Source: a virus
Lineage: Duplodnaviria; Caudoviricetes
Direction: 5' to 3' (one strand)
Virus record (IMG/VR): IMGVR_UViG_3300008113_000787
Coordinates: 1 to 24,292 of that record
DNA length: 24,292 nt
The stretch's first letter is position 1; each line of letters opens with the position of its first letter. The notes below the pieces were generated by a model. That model was not told the origin of the DNA. It did not search any database and was given only the letters and a program-made list of their open reading frames with translations. Both the position numbers and the translations under genes were made by a program. Positions 18,204 through 24,292 of this stretch are shown piece after piece.

Positions 18204-18748
18204 ATAGTTTGTAGCCCTTGTTTTTCTGCGTATTGATTAATAAAACCTTTTACTTGTCCACTTTTTAAAACATCGGTAAATTCTTCAACTGCTTTATTTA
18301 ATGTATTTAATTTCCATTGTGAATATGTAAGTTCTAATTTTGTATCACCAGGTATATCCTTTGAATTTTTATCTTTAGATGGATATAATTCTTTAAACAC
18401 TTTATCTAACTCATCTTCTGCAGGCTTACTTGTCAACCATTTTTTAACTAATGATTTTTCATAAACAAAAGCCTCAAAGTTAAACTTACCATCTTTTGAT
18501 TTTGATTCTAAACTTTTTAGCTTATTATCATTTTTTAAAGTGTAGTAAACAAACTTATTAAACTTATCATTTTTATCTAATCTATCTAACCACTTTAAAT
18601 AAGCTTTACCAATTTCTTTTTCTTTTACCGAACCACTTCTGAATGAAAGGATAGCTTGTTTAATTGCCCATATAGCAGCGGTTACTGCTATATTAATTAA
18701 TATAGTTGTAGTGATATCTTCTTTTAAAAGTGATTTAAGTTTTATCAT
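18200..18748 (-). CDS. Protein with leader MIKLKSLLKE followed by a hydrophobic helix (putative internal protein)
   Basis: 182 aa; leader then TILINIAVTAAIWAIKQAILSF; coupled by TAATG and ATGA overlaps. Confidence 0.75.
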   Translation of the reverse strand: MIKLKSLLKEDITTTILINIAVTAAIWAIKQAILSFRSGSVKEKEIGKAYLKWLDRLDKNDKFNKFVYYTLKNDNKLKSLESKSKDGKFNFEAFVYEKSLVKKWLTSKPAEDELDKVFKELYPSKDKNSKDIPGDTKLELTYSQWKLNTLNKAVEEFTDVLKSGQVKGFINQYAEKQGLQTI

Positions 18749-19230
18749 TATCCTTTACAGGTTTTCCAGCCACCACCTTTTGATTTGTAATTTTTTGCAG
18801 CCCAACCATTTGCGTAAGCCGATGGATATACATCAAACTTTCTTTTTGCTGCTGCTTTTGATGCTGACCATTTTGCTGGGTCAGTTGGACAATTCTTTTC
18901 TAAGAATAATTCTATTGCTTCTTCAACAACTTCTCTTTTCTTTCTACCCTGACAATGTGCTTTTTGAGAAAATCCTTTTGGGTTATTACAATCAATAGAA
19001 CGTTTATAAGATGTACTCCATTTTTCATTCATTTCACCAAGCCCACATCTTTCCATAAACTCATCGGCGTTTACATCAATACCTTCTTTTTTGAAATCTC
19101 TTAATCTATCCAATGCCATTTGTTTGCGGTTATCTATATCTTTAACCTGAACTAGCATTTCAACAATACCATCAATCATTTCTTTTTGATGAGGTTGTTC
19201 TTCTTTTAATAAATTACTTAACTTAATCAT
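18748..19230 (-). CDS. Multi-module protein with leader MIKLSNLLKE (putative internal polyprotein)
   Basis: 160 aa; acidic helical module, then basic modules KWSTSYKRSIDCNNPKGFSQKAHCQGRKK and KNCPTDPAKW...VYPSAYANGWAAKNYKSKGGGW. Confidence 0.75.
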   Translation of the reverse strand: MIKLSNLLKEEQPHQKEMIDGIVEMLVQVKDIDNRKQMALDRLRDFKKEGIDVNADEFMERCGLGEMNEKWSTSYKRSIDCNNPKGFSQKAHCQGRKKREVVEEAIELFLEKNCPTDPAKWSASKAAAKRKFDVYPSAYANGWAAKNYKSKGGGWKTCKG

Positions 19231-19544
19231 TATGCACCTGTTTTAACAAATGTTGGTTTTTGGCCTTTTGATTTTTCGCCACCTTTCTTAACATCTCCTG
19301 CTTTAGATTGTGCTGCTCTTTTTCTTTTTACAAATGCTGCTCTACCATCGGGTCCTAACTTAGCTGCTTTTTCTTTTGATAAACAAGCTGCATAAGATGA
19401 ACCTTCTTTACTATCACCACATTTACCTACCTTCTCACCTTTAGAGTTATATCTATCCCAACCACCACCGGTAGTAGAACCAGTCTTACCTTTACCAAAC
19501 CACTTACGAAGGTCTTCAGCCATTATGTCTCTTAGTAGTATCAT
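19230..19544 (-). CDS. Small basic protein with leader MILLRDIMAE (putative internal/DNA-binding protein)
   Basis: 104 aa; Lys/Gly-rich, DLRKWF...GGWD...KCG...AACL; TAATG overlaps at both ends. Confidence 0.75.
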   Translation of the reverse strand: MILLRDIMAEDLRKWFGKGKTGSTTGGGWDRYNSKGEKVGKCGDSKEGSSYAACLSKEKAAKLGPDGRAAFVKRKRAAQSKAGDVKKGGEKSKGQKPTFVKTGA

Positions 19545-20662
19545 TATTGGATATAGGCATTTAATTCATAAGAATTCTTCATACCATAAACCTGAATATG
19601 TAGCATTTTTCTTTGAGGTTTACCATCTTTAGTTAATTCAATAGAAAATCTATTTGTTTTTCCCGGTGATGGTTTTCTAGGACCTACACCTATTTTTGTA
19701 AAAGCATCATCATTGTTTATTTCATATCCTTTTTTCTCCGCATAATTTCTAGCTGCTTCAATAGCTGATGTATATGATTTATGATATACTTCGTAATCCG
19801 ATTTTGCTTCACTAACTACTTTCTTACTTGGAAATGATACCGTTGGTATATTTCCAAATGTTTTATCAATTTTAGCATCAATACCAAATTTTGATTTTAA
19901 CATCTTTACAACATCATTACCAAACTTTATATCAGTAAGTTTAAGATAAATGTAATTTCTATTAGGTGCATTTTCAACATGTCCTTTTACCATTTTTACA
20001 TAATACGCTGTCATATTACTTCCACCTTTCATTAACTTTTCAGTTTTTTCTACTTCTTTTTTTGCAGCATCGTATGATGTAAATACATCCTTAAATACTC
20101 CCGTACCCTGTCCTCTACCTTTGTTATATCCAACATAATATTTCCCATCTGATACGTTTACTCCTTGTAAGTAAGTACCCATACTATCGGAATATTGCAT
20201 AATATATTTAGTACCATCCTGTCCAATGTGTTTATTATATTTAGGTATTCTATCCCACTCTTGCTTAGAGATGGTTTTTTTAAGCTTAACAGTTGCTTCG
20301 TTTACTAAATTTTCAAATTCCTCTCTTAGATATGCAGGTGAATACTTATCATATTTTGCAGTACCATTCAGAATATTACCTCTAGCGTTTTTAGCAGGAG
20401 TGTTATATCCTGCTGCTTTTAATAGGTCTCCTTTTTGGAATCCTTTGGATGGGTTATCAACTAATGCAATAAATCCCCAAGCAGATTCCTGTCCACCTTT
20501 TCTATTTTTGTGAGTAATTCTTGCATACTTACCACCACCAGAAGATACAGTGTATTCTTGGTCTGGAAATTGTTTGTTTAACTTATCAATAAACTTATCA
20601 ATATCTCTTTTGATATCTTCGTTTAATGTTCCTTCGATTAATAATGATTTTAAAGATATCAT
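19544..20662 (-). CDS. Multi-domain protein with leader MISLKSLLIE (putative internal polyprotein)
   Basis: 372 aa; distinct modules (GKYARI...GDLLKAAGYNTPAKNARGNI; KYYVGYNKGRGQG; YEVYHKSYTSAI...LHIQVYGM...YELNAYI), several bounded by LNE, VNE or VSE. Confidence 0.75.
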   Translation of the reverse strand: MISLKSLLIEGTLNEDIKRDIDKFIDKLNKQFPDQEYTVSSGGGKYARITHKNRKGGQESAWGFIALVDNPSKGFQKGDLLKAAGYNTPAKNARGNILNGTAKYDKYSPAYLREEFENLVNEATVKLKKTISKQEWDRIPKYNKHIGQDGTKYIMQYSDSMGTYLQGVNVSDGKYYVGYNKGRGQGTGVFKDVFTSYDAAKKEVEKTEKLMKGGSNMTAYYVKMVKGHVENAPNRNYIYLKLTDIKFGNDVVKMLKSKFGIDAKIDKTFGNIPTVSFPSKKVVSEAKSDYEVYHKSYTSAIEAARNYAEKKGYEINNDDAFTKIGVGPRKPSPGKTNRFSIELTKDGKPQRKMLHIQVYGMKNSYELNAYIQ

Positions 20663-20663
20663 T

Positions 20664-21320
20664 TTATTTCTTTACTTTGATTTTCCAATATGTACCAAAT
20701 CCAACATAAGGTGAGAATGCTCCATTAGTTCCATCGGTAGTTCTATTATTAACACCAATACCCAATTGGTAGATTTTATCCTTCTTAGTTTTAAGTATTA
20801 CACCAGCTCCAATTGCCGATACATAATCTTCTTTATTAAATCCTGCATTCAAACCATAATATACTTGATTCTTTGCAGGCTCTTTAACAATAAGTTCTTC
20901 TTTGATTACTCTTTCCTTTACTTTAGCATCCCAAGTTCTACCTAAGATTCTATTCTTTGTAATAGTATCGGTAAGAGCGATAGTTCCCAATCCACCATCT
21001 AATACCAATGTATCTTTGTAAACGATTTTAGCTAAGTAATCTTTTAGGATTGCTGCGCTATCTACATTTACCAATTCTTTAAGTACTAAAGTATCTACAT
21101 CAATTACTTCATGTACAATATCTTTTCCTTTTTTAGTAACAACCTTTACTTTTTCAACTTCTACAGTATCTATTGTGTGTTTAATTACTTCATATTTTTT
21201 ACCATCAATTCTGATAGTTCTTCCACCCGGCATAACTCCACCTGGGTTAAACCACTGTAATAAAATCCAAATTACCAATGCTACAATGGCAATATTCTTA
21301 AAATTAACGTATTTTTTCAT
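20664..21320 (-). CDS. Membrane-anchored envelope protein with C-terminal amphipathic beta strands (possible spanin-like lysis accessory)
   Basis: 218 aa; N-terminal TM/signal IAIVALVIWILLQWF; extended DT-rich stalk; C-terminal YYGLNAGF, IGAGVIL, YQLGIGV, YVGFGTYWKI. Confidence 0.6.
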   Translation of the reverse strand: MKKYVNFKNIAIVALVIWILLQWFNPGGVMPGGRTIRIDGKKYEVIKHTIDTVEVEKVKVVTKKGKDIVHEVIDVDTLVLKELVNVDSAAILKDYLAKIVYKDTLVLDGGLGTIALTDTITKNRILGRTWDAKVKERVIKEELIVKEPAKNQVYYGLNAGFNKEDYVSAIGAGVILKTKKDKIYQLGIGVNNRTTDGTNGAFSPYVGFGTYWKIKVKK

Positions 21321-21337
21321 AATGTATTATTTTTGTG

Positions 21338-21346
21338 TATAAATAT
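21338..21346 (-). promoter_or_regulatory. Candidate late-promoter motif ATATTTATA
   Basis: Exact copy 17 nt upstream of the ATG at 21320, abutting the previous stop codon. Confidence 0.6.
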
Positions 21347-22816
21347 TTAAAAAACCATTTTAGAACCAATTTGGAAGTTATTCATCAAATTAAACTTTGG
21401 TTCTAATGACATAACCGCTTTATAGGATGCAGAAAATGCAAATCTTCTACTTAATCGGTAATCAAATCCGCTACCCACTATAAAACCAGGTGTTCTGGTT
21501 ACCATAGTTGCCTGTGTGAATGTATTAAAACTAATTGGAGAATTCATAAAGAAAACTTGCGGAGATATAGTAATCTTTTTATTGTATTGATATGGTTTAG
21601 TCCAAAATGCCACAAAAGATGTCATCAAACTCAAGTCATAACCACTGCCATCCATCTTCTTCATCTCTAATCCAATTAAACCCACATTATAACCGTATGT
21701 TCCGTATTTTGGATGTGGTTTGATATAAGTGTATCCCAACATCTGCATTAACGTTCCTTTAAGGTATGCAGCCGTTACTGAGTATGAATGTATTGCGTTT
21801 AGTTTACCCTCTTCAAAGTCCATCTTTGTCATACCACCACTTAATGCAAATTGGTCTAAGGTACTCCAAACTAATGCCGTAGCTGAATATGATTTATCAC
21901 CCATTAGAGATGATTTAGAAATACCAGCACTCATCATTACGGCATACTTTCCTTCCGCATCTTCCGTACCTGCTAAATCAGATGAAAGCATCATTGGATT
22001 AGCTCCAACTTTTTTCTCTTTCTTTTTTTCTTCTTTTTTCTTTTCTTCCTTCTTCTCCTCTTTCTTTTCCTCTTTAGATTCCTCTTTCTTTTCTTCCTTT
22101 TTTTCTTCCGATTTTGATTCTTCTTTCTTTTCCTCACTCTTGCTTTCGGATTTTGATTCTTCTTTAGATTCGGATTTACTTTCTGATTTTGTTTCAGATT
22201 TAGTTTCACTCTTTTGTTCCGATGAAGATGAACTACCTCCGCTAGATGAACTTCCCTCCGATGATGAACCACCACCTCCGGATGAAGATGATGAACTACT
22301 TGATGATGAACTACTACTTGAAGATGAAGCGGTTGAACCACTACTTGCTGGCGGTGGTGAAGATGATGTTGGTGGTGGAGTTGATGCCGCCGATGAAGCC
22401 GCTGCTGATGATGCTGAACTACTTGCGGCAGAACTTGCTGATGAAGATGCTGCTGAACTTGCAGCCGATGAAGCTGCAGAAGCGGCTGCTGATGCAGCTT
22501 GAGAAGTTGCCTGATTTACAGTTTGGTTTACTGTCTGCTGAACAACTTGGTTTGTAGGACATCCCATAGTTGAGTATGCTGCATAAACTCCATTTAACCA
22601 AGCCTGAACTACCCCACTTTGAACTTCGGTTGGTGTGAATACTCGGACTTGATTATAAAAAGAAACTACCGCATTACCATTTATGTATTGGGTAGTTACT
22701 AATTTAATTTCACCTGTACACTTATCCTTATACGTTTGGGTATAAGTTTGCCCTATCGCGTGTGAGCATAAAAATATTAGTGTGAATAGACAAAATAACG
22801 CTTTAAGTGTTTTCAA
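21347..22816 (-). CDS. Exported protein: signal peptide, Ser/Ala- and Lys/Glu-rich linker, C-terminal outer-membrane beta-barrel-like domain
   Basis: 489 aa, TTG start; MKTLKALFCLFTLIFLCSHAIG-Q signal peptide; alternating beta strands ending FQIGSKMVF (terminal Phe). Confidence 0.7.
   Translation of the reverse strand: MKTLKALFCLFTLIFLCSHAIGQTYTQTYKDKCTGEIKLVTTQYINGNAVVSFYNQVRVFTPTEVQSGVVQAWLNGVYAAYSTMGCPTNQVVQQTVNQTVNQATSQAASAAASAASSAASSAASSSASSAASSSASSAAASSAASTPPPTSSSPPPASSGSTASSSSSSSSSSSSSSSSGGGGSSSEGSSSSGGSSSSSEQKSETKSETKSESKSESKEESKSESKSEEKKEESKSEEKKEEKKEESKEEKKEEKKEEKKKEEKKKEKKVGANPMMLSSDLAGTEDAEGKYAVMMSAGISKSSLMGDKSYSATALVWSTLDQFALSGGMTKMDFEEGKLNAIHSYSVTAAYLKGTLMQMLGYTYIKPHPKYGTYGYNVGLIGLEMKKMDGSGYDLSLMTSFVAFWTKPYQYNKKITISPQVFFMNSPISFNTFTQATMVTRTPGFIVGSGFDYRLSRRFAFSASYKAVMSLEPKFNLMNNFQIGSKMVF
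22005..22505. repeat. Low-complexity coding tract (SAASSA, poly-Ser, KSES, KKEE repeats)
   Basis: Degenerate gatgaa/gctgct and ttcttc runs encoding ASSAASS..., SSSSSSGGGG, KSETKSETKSESKSES and KKEEKKEE. Confidence 0.9.
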
Positions 22817-22830
22817 AATTTATCCTTTGC

Positions 22831-23661
22831 TTAGAAATTCAAACCAACTCCAAATTGAGAATAACCTCTAATTGGTTCGTGGTCTAATTTCAAAGTAAAG
22901 TTTTTGAAATCTCTCATAGCTCCAATCTTAATTGATGCAAACTCTGAATAAGATTTAGGGAAGGTGATTTCTCCAACAGCATCTTTGCCTCTCCATCTTA
23001 CTCTTTCATTTCCAAAACCTAACATAGCATGAACACCAGTTCTGCCAAATCTTTTACCAGCACCTAAATATATGCTTCTTTTTTTAACTAAATCATTTAT
23101 TAATGGAAAATCAACTCTGGTGATTGTTCCATAAGGAAAGAAAGTTGAACGGTCTATTTCATAAGTTGAACTGAAGTCCATTACAAAATATCCTCTATTA
23201 CCAATTGTGAAGAAACCACCAATTTGTCTATCAGTTGTTTTATGCAAACCAAAACTGATAATTGGTTTCTTACCTCTTATTGTATCTCTCTTACCATCTT
23301 CGTAAACATAAATTCTTTGTGGTTGACGGTAACCCCAATCATTCCAATAAAATGAAGGTGTGTAAAAGTTCCAACCAAATGCAGGTGCTCCCCACATATT
23401 CCATCTATTGAAACCCCATCCCCAACCCCAATCATTCCATAACCAAGGGTTATTATTAATGATTATGTTAGAGCCAGGCTTTGTTTGTTGTGGTCTATTG
23501 AACTCTCTAGGTCCATCATTTCTCCACATACTAATATCACTTCTCTGCCCTTGTACGGAAGGAGTTGATACTCTAGGTTGTGGTGGATTGCTTCTCCAAG
23601 AAGATACTTGGGAAAATGCTACCATAGGTAGTAACATTATTAATAATAAAATGTTTTTCAT
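22831..23661 (-). CDS. Exported protein with Trp/Gly-rich region and C-terminal outer-membrane beta-barrel-like domain
   Basis: 276 aa; signal peptide MKNILLLIMLLPMVAFS-Q; WGWGWGFNRWNMWG segment; C-terminal SQFGVGLNF beta-signal; preceded by AAGGAGG. Confidence 0.7.
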   Translation of the reverse strand: MKNILLLIMLLPMVAFSQVSSWRSNPPQPRVSTPSVQGQRSDISMWRNDGPREFNRPQQTKPGSNIIINNNPWLWNDWGWGWGFNRWNMWGAPAFGWNFYTPSFYWNDWGYRQPQRIYVYEDGKRDTIRGKKPIISFGLHKTTDRQIGGFFTIGNRGYFVMDFSSTYEIDRSTFFPYGTITRVDFPLINDLVKKRSIYLGAGKRFGRTGVHAMLGFGNERVRWRGKDAVGEITFPKSYSEFASIKIGAMRDFKNFTLKLDHEPIRGYSQFGVGLNF

Positions 23662-23683
23662 AGGTCCTCCTTTTTTAGTTACC

Positions 23684-23692
23684 TATAAATAT
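23684..23692 (-). promoter_or_regulatory. Candidate late-promoter motif ATATTTATA
   Basis: Exact copy 22 nt upstream of the ATG at 23661, immediately after the terminator T-tract. Confidence 0.6.
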
Positions 23693-23719
23693 AAAAAAAG
23701 GGAGTTTAATACTCCCTTT
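23693..23719 (-). terminator. Rho-independent terminator after the 23726..24292 gene
   Basis: Minus strand AAAGGGAGT-ATTAA-ACTCCCTTT stem (23719-23697) running into a 7-T tract; starts 7 nt after the TAA stop. Confidence 0.85.
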
Positions 23720-23725
23720 ATTTTG

Positions 23726-24292
23726 TTAATTACCTTTTGTTGGAAACCTAGTCCAACCATTTACCCATACAGGCTTATCTAATTCAGGTATTACAACATC
23801 TATCTCTTTATTATTCTTTGAAAGTGCCAATGTTTTTAATTGTTCACTTGTTAAGATTGTAGTTGCTTTACTGATAAAGTTTAGTGTTGGATTGAATGTT
23901 CCTACTGAATTGTTTTCAAATACAGAAATCCCATCTTTTAGAAATCCTGCGGTTTCGTTACTTTCCAAACTTAAACCACCTTTCATCCAACCCCAAATTA
24001 CACTATTCTTCATAGTAAATTGTGTACCTCTCCTAAATCTTAAACCTAAATTGTGGTTTGATAAAGAAGAAGCGTTATTAGGCCCCACTAAAATCATATT
24101 ATAAAGTTTCGGATGAGTGTAAGGTTGAGCAGGTGAACCTGTTCCATCGTTGTCACATTCTACACCATTTCCAGCATCACCATTATCTACGAATTGTGGG
24201 TCTCTCTTTGCCACACCATTTGTGATTGTTCCAGTGAATCCAAAATCAAAATCAAAATCATCATCTGCGGTTGCAAATGCGTATAAGTTTCT
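23726..24292 (-). CDS. Beta-helix-like cell-surface/exported protein of Bacteroidota type (5'-truncated by window edge)
   Basis: Frame is open to the window end (RNLYAFATADDDFDFDFGFTGTITNGVAKRD...), so the tracked GTG start at 24214 is internal. DDDFDFDFGFTG, NGVECDND, PKLYNMILVG, GLRFRRGT and W-x-x-GWT resemble bacterial beta-helix surface proteins often encoded beside TonB-dependent receptors. Confidence 0.65.
   Translation of the reverse strand, partial: RNLYAFATADDDFDFDFGFTGTITNGVAKRDPQFVDNGDAGNGVECDNDGTGSPAQPYTHPKLYNMILVGPNNASSLSNHNLGLRFRRGTQFTMKNSVIWGWMKGGLSLESNETAGFLKDGISVFENNSVGTFNPTLNFISKATTILTSEQLKTLALSKNNKEIDVVIPELDKPVWVNGWTRFPTKGN

Noticed and set aside
21729-22601. Overlapping ORFs 21729..22502(+), 22246..22557(+), 21991..22341(-), 22419..22601(-)
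   Set aside because: Shadow frames of the low-complexity tract in the 489-aa gene, which is naturally poor in stop codons.
2387-24104. Remaining plus-strand ORFs in the track (e.g. 5326..5646, 7890..8294, 18711..18998, 23408..23782)
   Set aside because: All lie antisense to well-supported minus-strand genes, often with non-ATG starts and no recognisable motifs.
24212-24214. Tracked GTG start of the last ORF
   Set aside because: The frame stays open to 24292 and includes the conserved-looking DDDFDFDFG motif, so the real start is outside the window.
24241-24265. (CAAAAT)3 plus CAT repeats as a phase-variation microsatellite
   Set aside because: Only three in-frame hexamer units, encoding the DDDFDFDF protein motif.
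1-24292. Stop-codon reassignment (no gene here ends in TAG)
   Set aside because: The standard code already gives near-complete coding density with long uninterrupted ORFs; no genes are fragmented by in-frame TAG or TGA.
1-24292. CRISPR array, tRNA/rRNA, integrase/transposase, intron or intein
   Set aside because: Intergenic gaps are all under about 65 nt and I saw no spaced repeats, cloverleafs or relevant catalytic motifs.

Overview
AT-rich, gene-dense window in which every credible gene lies on the minus strand; best read as part of a large contractile-tailed (myovirus-like) phage genome, probably infecting Bacteroidota (inferred from mostly Shine-Dalgarno-less starts, Bacteroidota-style envelope proteins and D-S/T-x sequons). 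In transcription order (right to left): (1) 24292-20664, four envelope/exported proteins including two likely outer-membrane beta-barrels; (2) 20662-17161, a translationally coupled cassette in which five unrelated proteins share a 10-residue N-terminal leader (MIxLxxLLxE-like) and the sixth is an Ntn-hydrolase whose putative catalytic Cys is masked by a Glu-ending MINE propeptide, suggesting a capsid-targeting and protease-activated internal-protein system; (3) 17109-1, a baseplate/tail module: gp5-like hub/spike, a split or frameshifted carrier gene with alpha/beta-hydrolase-like and M15B peptidase domains, a GH19 protein, gp25-like and gp6-like wedge proteins and large structural proteins enriched in an [S/T][G/A]S motif. 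A 9-mer (ATATTTATA on the coding strand) recurs in five intergenic gaps and is a candidate late promoter. All family assignments come from motif recognition by eye; no searches were run.
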